Positions 16,049 to 27,674 of a stretch of 62,154 nt of DNA are shown here, in pieces. The notes under the pieces were generated by a model. That model did no database searches, was not told the origin of the DNA, and saw nothing but the letters and a program-made list of their open reading frames with translations. The translations under genes and the position numbers were made by a program. This DNA is from Guillardia theta CCMP2712. Lineage: Eukaryota; Protista; Cryptophyta. Each line of letters opens with the position of its first letter. Within the stretch, counting starts at the first letter, position 1. The stretch covers positions 59,079-121,232 of the forward strand of contig NW_005434564.1 in the NCBI RefSeq assembly GCF_000315625.1, given 5' to 3'.

Positions 16049-17230
16049 GTTGGATTTGTTTGCAAGATGTTTTGTCTGAGCAGAAGTTGATAGTTTGGGT
16101 CACAGCAGATGTGGGTAGATATTCCGATTTGTGCGTTTCTGTCAAAGAAAACGATCAGAAGTTTGAATGAAAGGAACGATCGAAATTCTGAGATGGAACG
16201 AGGCTAGTGTCGAATGCTTGAAAACTTTGTATACTTGTTGGTGCGGAGCAAGGGGCTGTTTGTTTAACAGAATGGAAATGGGAACAGAGTGTCAGAGTTT
16301 TGTCAATGTGAGGTAATATTTCATTATGAGGAAGTTTCAACACGTGAAGTACTCAGTTCATGTGGATGCACCTTTATGAAGAGGTTTTTTGTATGGTTGC
16401 AGCAGCGCTAGAGACACAGGAGGCATGCTCTTGAATGCTTGCAAGGGCAGCGGTAAGGGACGAAAAGGAGAGGAGAGGATGATGATGTGGGAAGAGACTT
16501 TGTGGCGAAGAATGGCGATGGGATGAATAGTAGGGACGTGTGGGAGAGGCTGGGAGGTTAGCGACTGTGACGGAGCAAGACGGGAGGGGGGGGGGGAGGT
16601 TTTGGCTAGTAAACTGCAACGGTTCGGCAATAAGAGTACATGAACGCGTGTGGCTAATATTTCGACATCATAACGCAACGGTTCAACTGACCGTCGGAAA
16701 TTCAAATCGCATCTTTTCGGAGCAGTTGACGTGCGAGCGCCGTTTCACCTGTATACCTCAACGTTTCGCTCCAATCTCCTTTAGGATTTGAAAGGTTGGT
16801 CACGTACCGTAGTAAACTGATTACAATTTCCCCCCGGTCAGCACCCTCGTAGGTGTCGGCTCATCCAAGTCAGCAACTTCGGGAACCCCACCCCTCCTTT
16901 TGACTGGATATTGAGGGCTAAAGGAGGGGTAAGGGTCTACAATGGTATGGGCTATACCCCTAACTGCTCATTGCTGCCCTCACCTATCCTACCCTCAAGA
17001 TACTGAGGCGGGCCTCATCATAGGCTTACATGGGACGGTGCCGTGACTCCCAGGCACTCAGGCCATGAGTCCATGTTTACTCAAGCATAGTTAAGTTAAA
17101 AATCAGTATTAGGACAATCAGAAGAGCCTGACAGAGACCGGAAGACCGGCGTTGTGCCAGCCCGTATCTTGTACCAGAAGGTTTACTCAAAGTTAAGTTA
17201 GAATCAGTACGAGGACAATCAGGAGGGAGC

Positions 17231-19487
17231 ATGGTCAGGAGATGGGTATGGCTGTTGGGGATACTGATCATCGACGTGGGGATGGTGAAGGAGGGCAGAG
17301 GAGAAGCCGGTGCAGTAGAGGAGGCTCGGGAGCTGTTGGGCATGTCGGACGCCGACGGAGACATGAAATGGCAGGGTAGTGCCTGCTGCCCGTTGGGGAG
17401 GAGGATTGGTGCCATGAGCGCCTGCGAGATGAGGGAGTGGTTGATTTGTATCAATGCGGTGAGATGGGACGAGGACGTGCCGGTCATGCCGAACGAGACA
17501 GGAACGCTGAAGGAAGACGAGCTAGTGAGGAGGGGGATTAGAATGGAAGGGGCCAGGAGCATTGTTGCCTGCAGGAACTTCACGACGCATGGGGTGTTGT
17601 ATGCTCTGTACAATTTGGGTGGAGGCGAGAGCGATAAGATGACAAGCATGGTGAGACGGTCGATCCTGAGCTTGAAGCAGCTGCAGCGCAACAGGATGCT
17701 AGGGGTACATGTGGCCATCGCAGGTAAGGAGGGGGCAGAGAGCATTGGCGCTCTAGTTGGCATGGAGAAGCTGGGAGTTCAATTCTCGTTCCACCCGGAC
17801 GCTGAGAGCAGCACGACCTTCAAAATCAGTGCCATGCTGGCATCACCCTTCCAGCACACCATGTTCCTCGACGCCGACACGTACGTCTGCCGTGACGTGC
17901 TGGGAGCGTTCGACCTCCTACCAAGGTTCGACCTGGTTGCGACAGAAGCTCCTATCCTGTTCCACGAGGGTCATCCTACAGGGCTCGCTCGTTTTTCCAT
18001 ACCGTCTTCCTACGCTCAGTTCAACTCTGCAGTAGTCTTGTTCGCCTCCAACGAGCGCCTTACGAGGCTGCTGCGGCTGGCCCTTGAGCGGGGGAGGCAG
18101 CTGCAACCCCTGGGGTTCTACGATCAAGAAGCTCTTAGATTCGCGCTCTGGAACAGCCCCGATGTCAGAACGCACACTCTGCCTCCTCCCTGGCAGTGCA
18201 GAGGAGCTACGACGTGCAGTGACTTGGTGGCTGGCCAGGTCATCGTAGGGCAACCGGTTGACGCTGGGTTCTTTCCTTGTGTTGTGCTGCACAGCCGCAA
18301 GGTCAGGGAGGAGGTAGACGAGACGTTCGCCGTCTCCTGCTCCGAAGGGGCTACCGCAGATGTGGATCGGCTGGGGGCGGACTCTCTGCTGCCTTGCGGG
18401 GTTCCGAGGCGGGAGGAGTACCAGAGGGTGGAGGAGAGTGAAGTTTTCAGCGAGATGATGAGCTTTTCTCGCTATTGGATGATGAAGAATGGTTTCATGC
18501 ATGTCGCTGCGAACATGCTGTCGCTCATACAGCCTGATGTCTTGATGCAGTGGAGCAGACGCTGGGAATATCCCTTCCACTACATCGCCATCCGCCGCCT
18601 ACAGGAGCAGTTCTACCAGGGTCAGGGGTTGAGGGTTATCGATGGAGGTATAGGTTGCACGTTCTTCCCCTTCTTCCTCGTTGAACATCTGCCTAACGTC
18701 ACGGTGAGAAGCTCTCAACAAGTGGAGATAGGGTGGACGCTGTGGGACACGAATGGGGAGAGGGAAGAGGAAGGAGAGAGCATGTGGTGGTCAGCTCAGA
18801 GGTGAAGTGGAATGGTGGGCTGAGGGGGAGGGAGAGGAGAGGAAAGGGAGAGGGGAAGGGAAGAGGAGGCCCGTTTGAAGCTGGTAGTGGTGAGAGAGCA
18901 AGGGTGGAGGGAGAGGGAGAGGAGTGGCTTAGGGGGGGGAGGGTTTGTTGGTAGGTGACTGATGTTTGTCTTCGCAGGTCGACGGCATCGACTCAGACAT
19001 GCGGCTTCCTCAAGTCTACCATGAGCTCGGGCTGTTGGAGGAGGACGGTAGGGTGCAGCTGTTCCACTCGTCCATGGCGGACCTGCCCTTTGAGGACAGT
19101 ACCCATGACGTGGCGATGTCAGTTTCGGTCCTGGAGCACACAACCAACTATGACCGCATCCTGGCTGAGTTCCGACGAGTGCTGAAGCCAGGAGGGTTCC
19201 TCCTACTCAGCTTTGATGTTTCTCTCAAAGGAGATGCGCAGATCAGCGTCGAGGATGCAGAGAAGCTGCTGCGAGTCGTGGAGGAGGTTGGGTTCAAGGA
19301 GGTGGAGGGTCGAGGGCGGCGGCTGCAGGACATGACGAGGGAGGAGGCAGAGATCCTGACGAGTACGTGGGCGATCGAGAGGGATCCGCAGGCGAACCCT
19401 TGGATCAGCATGGCGGCGATTCGCCACCTAACTGTCTACTGCTCCTTGTTCCAGTCCACCAAGGTATCATTGAATGAATCATCATGA
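17231..19487 (+). CDS. GT-A fold glycosyltransferase fused to a class I SAM-dependent methyltransferase (intron 18704-18977)
   Basis: N-terminal hydrophobic segment. GT motifs: KISAMLASPFQHTMFLDADTYVC (DxD), FNSAVVLF, DQEALR. MTase motifs: RVIDGGIGC..VDGID, DLPFEDSTHDVAMSVSVLEH, EFRRVLKPGG. Confidence 0.85.
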
Positions 19488-19499
19488 TACGGTTCCGAC

Positions 19500-20060
19500 G
19501 GTTCAACGGCACTGATACCGCCCGGGTCCTTGCGGCGGGCCCGGGCCCGGCCGTCACGGTAGCCGCCCGGCCCCGTGACTAACTCCGGGTAGGGCCCAGG
19601 AGCCTGACTCAGCCCGTCCCCGGGGGGTGCCGCCGATCTCACTGAGGGGGGCCGATCGGCCCGGCCCCGGGGCCCCGTGCCCGGCCGCCGCAGTCACCCG
19701 TTGCAGCCGGGCCGGGGGCCGGTGACCGCAGCGCTGCCGCGGGGGGCCCGACGGCGGCGGCCCTTACGGACGGCCATCGGACCCTCAGAGGCTCGGGCCA
19801 GTAACCGTCAACCGCCGACCGGCGGCGTGAGGCGCCGTTGCCCGGCGGCCAGCCTTGGCCCCCCCGGGATCCCCCGGCCCGGGGGGCTGCGCCGGCGAAA
19901 CACCGTGACTCCGGGCCCGGCCTTACTACCGGTGTGACCCGGCGGCGGCGGCCGGCGGTCCGCCCGGCCCGGCCGGCCCGCGGGCCGCCGTGCCGGCGGG
20001 GCTTGATGCCAGTCAACCGAGCGGCCGCCAGTTGCCGCAAGTCAGTTGAAAGCCAAGTCG
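19500..20060. other. GC-rich palindrome-dense island
   Basis: Very high GC, same word vocabulary as the other islands. Confidence 0.65.
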
Positions 20061-20506
20061 GTGGGAGTACGGCGGTAGTGGTAAAGTACCCCTGCCTTAT
20101 TTCTGAGATTCTCTGTGCGACTACCCGGTACCTTGCCTTTATCAGCCTCGGACCACCCTCCTACCTCCACCCCCTTCTTTCCGAGTTAAAAAGAAATCAC
20201 TGATATGGATGCCCCTTGACCCTTCAGGGCTGGACCCCTGGTAAACCTATATCAAATGAGGGGTGGTGGTACTGTTTCGGGAACTTCTGCAGGGCTACCC
20301 CCCCTGCCCTCCCAGTGATCGGATCGTGATTCCGCCGGGAGCTCTCCCAATGACTGGGGGGTGGGTACTTGAATTGGAAGGGCTTGCCCTGAGGTTTCAA
20401 TTGGGTTGAGGGGGTGGGGTAGTAGCGGTGAGGGTGGGTGAGCCGGGGTGGGAGGGGGAAGGGGATATATTGAGGAGTCACTCGCGAAGAGTCAAAACAG
20501 CGCGAC

Positions 20507-21320
20507 ATGCTTGTGCACTTCATTCCTGGAGCAGCCCTCTTCAACTCTGCTGGGTATGGCGAGACGAGGAGGAGGAGGAGGAGGAGGAGGAGGAGGAGGA
20601 GGAGGAGGAGTAGGAGGAGGATGCAAGGGGAATATGTTGGAAGGATTGGAGGAAGGGGTGATGTTCGCATCATTCCTTTTCACTGACCTATCCTCTCCAT
20701 ATCATGAGAGAGTAGACTGGTTGTACAGTGGTGGGATGGTTGCATGAGGTTGAATGTTTGATCATTGTATGAGGTTGGAAGTATGGGAATTTTTGAATGA
20801 TTTCAAGAGGATTGTGTGTGTATGAAGGTTTGATCAGGGCGAAGCGAACTAGATCATATTGATTGGATACTAGAAACTATCACGTCATGCAGTTTAGTCA
20901 CCATCATTGTGTAGGTACAACACCGACGGCATCCACACCTGGAATGTCCACAGCCCCAGCTGGATCTACCAGGGTGGTCCCAGCCAGTCTTGGGATGACA
21001 TCCACGACCCCTACTACAACCAGTGGGAGGACCTCGATGACTCTTCCATCACTTGGCACGTCACTGAGGTACCAATGTCGAGCGATACTTGACTGCTACT
21101 ATGCCCGATAACGCCTGATAATGAGTCGTTCTTATTGCTACATCTGCGATGTTTGGTTGATTCAAAGTGATTTCGTGTGGTGAAGTGATTTTTTCTTCCA
21201 AGTGTAGTGACTGATCTTGTTTGTGTTTATTTTTTTCCTTATAACTTGGTGTTGTTTTTTTAGCCCGTCGACAACCTCTCTGTCGATCCTTGGCTCAGCA
21301 GCGTCATCGGAATGTACTAA
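20507..21320 (+). CDS. 85-aa Trp/Asn/Asp-rich protein of unknown function, paralog A (exons 20507-20553, 20915-21068, 21264-21320)
   Basis: Spliced: MLVHFIPGAALFNSAGYNTDGIHTWNVHSPSWIYQGGPSQSWDDIHDPYYNQWEDLDDSSITWHVTEPVDNLSVDPWLSSVIGMY. Exon structure is confirmed by the paralog at 43472-44081. Confidence 0.88.
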
Positions 21321-21456
21321 ATCTTCAGTCTGTTGTCACCCACTATCTGGGTTTTATTGAAAATCAAGCTACCTGAAGTTGAGCGCGGCAAGTGAAAGTG
21401 CATGAAACAACGTTCAGTCTTTCTACTTGTTTGTTAATCTCCTCATTCTCGCTCCT

Positions 21457-24400
21457 TCATTCATCCTCATCGTCTCCACAACTGAGCAAGTTCCCTAGCT
21501 CGGTCCAGTTGGTACCATCCGCCTTCTTGAGGGTGATCTCAACCTGGCGTGCCAGTCACATCGGAATGAACATGTGCTCACTCTACCTTGGGAGCGAGAA
21601 TAGAGACCTTGCAAGCGTCCGGATCAACCCTGAGTCCTCCGTTACTCACCATCTTCATCCCCCAGTCTCCTCCTCTCACCTCCCGAACAGTTCCACGTCC
21701 AGCGAGAAGTTGTTGACAACGTCAAAGAGGATGGAGAGAGTAAGCCGGGTCGGCGACAGATTGAACGAGCAGCTGTCAGGATCCACCTTCTTTGCGTAGA
21801 TCGACAGAGTGACGTTCCCTCCCTGCTAGGAGCTCAACGTTGCTGCTGTTGCTGTTGCAGGCAGGAATGGCTGACCTGCTGGAAGAAATCGTAGCGGCAC
21901 AAGGCTTTTTTCTTCTTCGTTGGATCGTCCTGGTAACATGCGATCATGCCGCGAAATCTCCTCCCCCCCTCCTTCCCTGTCCTCAATCTCTACATAGCTC
22001 CCTTTCCCGTCTCAGCATCCCACTCCTTTGTCATGCCCTTCCTTGCCTCCACCTTCTCTTTCCCCCTCCCCCTTCTCCTCCCTTCCTCTTCTTCCCCTTC
22101 TCCGCTTTCTTCCACTCTCTTTCCGCAACCTCGCTCTCTATAAGGCGCATTCCGCTTACCCTCCTCCCTCTCGCCTTTCCCTTCCCTCTTCCCCTTCATT
22201 CCTCCAAACGCAAGCAGCACCTGGAACACGCATGTGCCCTCCGTGCAGCCCGCGAACGAGAGGAACTCTGAGAACTCAGTCGTCTTCTTCTTCTTGCAGC
22301 AGGACCAGTACTTGTAGCCTTGACTGGTGTCAGCAACTGTTGAAGCAACTCCCTCCATCCTCCTCTCATTCAGCTGTCCTCCCTTCACGCACGCTTGCTC
22401 CCCTCTGGCTCGCACTTCCTCCTGACCCTCGGGCCTACTATCATCTGCTCCGCCTTTTCTATACTTCCATCTGAATTCCGCTCCAATCTCTCCCCTTTTC
22501 TGCCATCCCTCTTTCTCCCCCCACCCCCCCTCACTTGCTACCCTTCTACCTCCCACACCTCCTCCCCCTCACCGCCCCTTGCGGTCACTATACAACTCGT
22601 TGAGCTCTCCCTTCCCTCCCTTCCCTTCCCTCCACACCTTCATGGAAGACTGGGGCCCCGGGGTGGTACCGGCACTTCTGCTCAAGGCTGCTCTCGTTCT
22701 CGTACACGTTGGTACCTGCCCTGCAGTCAATCTCTCCGATCCTTGCTATCTCAAGCTCACATCCGTTGTTCTTGCATTGCGTTCCTGGTTTTATCCCTCC
22801 AGCTCCTCCCTCTCCAGCCGCAAGCTCTTGTTCCCTAAGCTGTCATGCAGAGTTTCAGCAACGTCCTCTTTCTTTTCCTTCTTTCAAACCCCTCTCCCTC
22901 CTCTCTCCCTTCCTCCCGAGCCTCCTGTGTCCCCCGCTGCTCATGTCCATGAAGCCTACAAGGACAGGAGCAAGGCGAGGAAGCGGTACAAGGACAGGAG
23001 CAAGGCGAGGAAGCGAGAGGGAAGGCAGGGTGGGGTGGAAAGGGTCACCTTGCGGGCATTCTCAAGCGCGACTTTTGCTGAGCTCGAGACAATGACAGGA
23101 AGAGCTCGCATCGCTTCTGCGCTCGCATGCTGCCAACGTCGTCAGCACGGGGCTCCTCCTCTTCCTCCTTGCACATGCTCTCACCCCTCCTCTCGTCCCT
23201 TCTTCCCTGGAAACGCGGTCTCCTTCCCTCCAGTACTTCCTGCCTTGGCGTGAGTTTCGATTGACAGATCAAGGAGGTGGTGGAGAAGGAGGGAACAAGA
23301 TCACCTGCAGAGCTCGTTGAGCAGGGAGGAAGTAGTCGACGGGTCCATCCCCGACAAGGTGGTCTTGCGAGCGACGAACTCAATCGTCGTGTCTAGCATG
23401 GCGTACGCCTGTAAGCACCGTTAGCAATTCACCGTGTCGACTCCGATGTCAGCGTGCCTGATTGTTGTGCTGCTCCAACATGCGGGTCAGAGTAGTGTCG
23501 TGCTTCCCGATTTCCGAGTTGACTTCCACCATGCCGCTCTGATCGCCTGCGGTTGAGCTCAGTCAGCCATGGCGCCATGCAGGAGGGTCGAGACTTGAGC
23601 TGGCGTCGCACTTCTTCAACCAGGTTGCAAAGCTCCTGTTGCTAGGGTCCACCCCCTGTCCTTGCAACAGCACCCGTTTTGCCTGCAACAAGGGATGAGA
23701 ACGACCTCCAGTCTTGAAGAAGTTGGTAATGCAAGGCAGGGAGGGGATTTGACAATGAAAGAACAAAACGTTGATGGTGCCTTGAAAGGAGGGAGGGGGA
23801 GGGAGGGGGTTGGAAGGTTGGCGACTGATCGAGCAATGAGATGAGAGCAGAGAAAGAAATAGAGGCAGAAGCAGATGCAAATTATGGAAAGAGCAGTAGC
23901 AAGCAGGAGCAGGACAAACAGAAGCAGAAGAGCAGGAAAGCAGAGCAGAAAAAGAGGAGCTGGGCTGGAGCTGGGGCTATGTGTGAAGGGAAAGATGAAG
24001 ATCAGAGCAAGACGGAAGAAGGGAGAAGGGAGAAGGGGGGGAGATAGGGAGCAGCAGGCGTACCGCTTCAAGGTCTCCCTTGGACACCAGAGTCATGCCC
24101 TTCCTTAGGTATGACTTCGAGTTCTGAGGCTCAACCTCGATGCCTCGATCGCAGGCCTCCACAGCCTGATCGAACAACCCTTTCTACAGACGCGACAGGA
24201 CGTCAAGGCCACGAGATAGAGCGAGGGAGGAGAGGAGAAAGTTTGGAAGGGTCATAGAGAAGAAGAGGGCTGGGGAAGGAAAGAGAAGAAGAGAGTTGGG
24301 GAAGGGGAAAGTCAAGAGGAGAGGGGAAGAGAAGAGGAGAGGGGTGGGGGTGGGGGGAAGGGCAGCAAGAAGGAGAGCAAGCAATATTATAAGTCCAATC

Positions 24401-24795
24401 CCTAGGAGAGGAAAGGTGACTGCGGCGACAAGAACGAAGGGACTAGAGGCGAGAGGAAGGTTTCGAGTTTAGGACTCTCAGATCTCTGACCTTGCACAAT
24501 GCCGCGGCCTTGTGGACAAGATATTCAGCCTTGGAAGGGTCCAGCTCCGCAGCCCTAGCAAGTCAAGGTGTGACCAGTGGAAGATGGAAGGAAAGGGAGG
24601 ATGTAACGTGGGGAAGGGAGACAGAATAAAGTGATAGCAGATGGAGGAAGGGGGGGATAAGGAGGAGGCAGGAAGGGGCAACGCGAAGAGAGGAGGGAAG
24701 GGAAGCAATCCGCACCTGGAGAAATGTTTAAGAGCTTCATCCCAGTTCTCCTTCACGTAGTGCTCGTTCCCCTTCTCGAATTCTTGCTCCGCCAT
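21457..24795 (-). CDS. Multi-exon Hsp90 co-chaperone-like chimera: SGT1-type TPR + NudC-N-like + CHORD + CS (p23-like)
   Basis: Phase-consistent splicing gives TPR (MAEQEFEKGNEHYVKENWDEALKHFSR..SYLRKG..FATWLKKCD), a NudC-N-like helix pair (HDTTLTRMLEQHNNQAYAMLDTTIEFVARKT), CHORD ([33 protein letters not shown]) and CS (CRYDFFQQ..VTLSIYAK..KVEITLKKADGTNWTEL). Confidence 0.82.
22957..23014. repeat. Intronic 30-bp direct repeat, 2 copies
   Basis: TACAAGGACAGGAGCAAGGCGAGGAAGCG twice. Confidence 0.85.
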
Positions 24796-25499
24796 GAGTA
24801 TCCTGCCCTCCAGGCGATCAGAACGAGCAAGAGCAACAATCCCTCGCAGATCGCCTTCCAGCTTCCTCTTCTAGAACGTTCCTATCCGCCACATGCTGCC
24901 TGCTTCGGTAGCTGCCGTCTCGTCTCCTTCCTGCCTCCTGTGCCTGCTCCATCTTCATACCAATGAAGCAAACACAGGCTATACTCAGAGTCTCAAGGTA
25001 GCGGCCGGGGAGGTTCATGAGAATACTGAAAAAAACAGCATGTACTTTTCCTAGCATGTTCTCTTCCTTGAATGCGTTCATGAATCGTAATCATCCCAAC
25101 CCTCTCTCCTACCAGAAATTTCAGCAGCGTCCTACGAAAAATTTTAAATCCACAAACTTGCAGAAAAGCTCTTGGATCTTTGCTTCACCTTGATGACGAA
25201 CTAAGCATCAGATCAACTCCTTCATGAAATCCTACCCCAATCCTACTCTACACCCTCTCTGTACATCTCCCAGTTCCTCCCTTGACGGGCTTCCTTTCTT
25301 CTTCCTCTCTCTTCTGATTTCTCTCCCAGCCACCCACTATCCAACATTCCCTTCCCTTCCTTCCATTCCCGCGCTCCATTCCGCCCCCACTGACAAGCAT
25401 AGAACTTTCGGATTAGGTTTTACTTAACTCATCATTTTCCGGGCTCGCCTCAAGTTCTTATCCGGTGAACTACTCCGGCCCGGCCCGTGTCACTGAGAC

Positions 25500-26800
25500 A
25501 TATCGGCTTGTTTCTATTATGGTTACGACAGGGTAGGGTACAGGTAACAGGGTACTGACTTTGTCTAAGACGACACCGCTGTACCTTTTGATAGGGTACT
25601 TGGTTATCTTTTGATGGGGTGGTGTTGGATTCAAGTGAGGAAGGGGGGGTAGGGTACGATCTGAAGATGATGGGGTGCAAAGGGTGGTGCGACCGGGGTG
25701 GACTTGACAACTGAGGGTCATGAGAACCCCCTCAGCTTCCTTGCTGACTGGGGGGTAGGGTAGTTAGGGATAGCAAGGGAGGGGTTGTTTGCCAAGCATG
25801 AAAGTTCTTGAGAGTAAAGGGTGGGTACTTATTAGTAATGGGAAGGGGTACCACAAATGGATCTGGTTTCGAAGGTAGGTCTGGACATGCAAGCACCCGT
25901 TGGAGCCTAAAAGGTTATAGTACCGGTGGTAATGATAGTGAAGCAGAGGGTAGGGGGTGTTGATTTGAAAGCCTAAAATGTTTTTAGATTTAAATCCCCA
26001 ATCCACCCACCCTGAGCTCTGAGCCAAATACCACCCCATAGCCCACTGTCATTCCCACCCCCTGGAAGTCTACCTCACTCTTCACAACCCCTGACCTACA
26101 CAATTGCAGAAGTACCCACCCCCATTGTGTGTACCCCCACCATGCCTGGCCAGATCCCACCCATCGCCACCAGGCTACGGTACCCCTTCAATCTAGATGG
26201 GTCGAGGTGTAGGCCGCCTACATCATGGCCTCGAAGTCTTGTCCTTCCATCCCTGATCCCCATCACCCACTACCCCCATTTTCTACAACCCTACCCCCAA
26301 TTAAGCTAGTCCCATTTCCCTCTAACCTTCCCCTACCCCTGTTCCCAACATTCGATCCACCCTGTACCCACCCCCGTTGGAGGCCACCCTACAGCAAGAG
26401 CCCGCCATGCCATCGGATGGGAATGAACGCAATCCGAGCACCCCTGTACGGATGTACCCCTTCATTGAGATATTTTGAATCCAGTACCCCTCCCTATGCC
26501 CCTTAATTCTGGGAGAGAAAAGGGTGGAAGTGACCACCTTACCACCCCATAACCAACAGTAACCTGTGGATGATTGATCTACCCCCACCCTCCGTTTTCC
26601 ATTGTACTACCTCCCTGGAAAGGACACAGGTGTACCCATCACCCCCTGATTCCTATTCCTTCACCCCCACAAAAAAGAGGGTACCAATTTGACCCCCACC
26701 CACTTTCCTCCTGATACTACCCCACATACTATAATCCATTTGAATTACCCCTACCCCCTCAATTCCACTCGACCACCCTCTCATCCCCAACCTACCGTTC
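25500..26800. other. Strand-skewed GGGTA-rich then TACCC-rich low-complexity intergenic tract
   Basis: G-rich on + to about 25970, C-rich afterwards; lies between divergent genes. Confidence 0.6.
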
Positions 26801-27674
26801 ACCGCGCTGCCATCAAGTATACCTATGGCATGAACGCAAGAGGAAAAGAAGGAAGGGACAGTAGGAAGAAAAGGAAGAGGGTTGGATGATGTCTCGAGAA
26901 TGCATGCGCTACTGTGTTGATGTCAAGTGACAGAGGTGAACAAGATCTTGCTGTATCGATGAAACGAAATTGACCACGGAATCAACACCCGTTTTGCAGC
27001 AAGCATCCAATCAAAGAGTGCAGAACGATATGTGGTGGCCGTTGGTTGTGCATGGTAGTGTATCATGATAAACAGGATAGCTTGGCTTGTTGATGCTGTC
27101 ATGCTAGGCTGCGGTGAAGGGTTAAGAATATTCTTGCATAAGTTTTGCACTTAGAAGTTTCGTCGGTGATGTTGACAGCCAGTTAGTAGGTTAGAGTTCA
27201 CGGTGAAGCTCCTTGCTGCTGCATCATCCGATCCATGATGCATAAGTATACATGATGAGAATCAAAATCAGTATGACTGTGCTCATTGATGCGATTTCGC
27301 GCATTTTGTTGTGGTTTAGTGAGGAGCAGTAGGCCACTTCGCATTTCAGTTACTCGTATGCTGTTTTGCTGTTCCGCGAGTATGCTTTTCATCTCCTATG
27401 ACATGAAGTAGTCCAATCTATGCTGCTAGAGGTTGAAGGCTATAGATTCTGTGGGACAAGTAGAAGCGATGATTGCAGTGCTATGACCACAACCACAAGT
27501 GAATCTTCTAACTTGTTCTGAGAACAGGTGGAGACATTGGAGCTTTCTTTTCTGTGATTCTAGCTAAGCATCAAATGATCTTCGTAAGAATGATTTCTTC
27601 TCCATTCCGAGTAATCCATTTCGTAGGACTTTGCAGCTTGCAAGCTTTGTGATAACTAATTGAAGAGGTTTCGT

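Noticed and set aside
21457-24795. Assigning the symbol SGT1, RAR1 or CHORDC1
   Set aside because: The architecture fits none of them: no SGS domain and only one CHORD.
25500-26800. Interstitial telomeric repeat
   Set aside because: No tandem periodic unit, only word enrichment.
26900-27560. Short minus-strand ORFs upstream of the kinase
   Set aside because: No motif and no convincing splice model.
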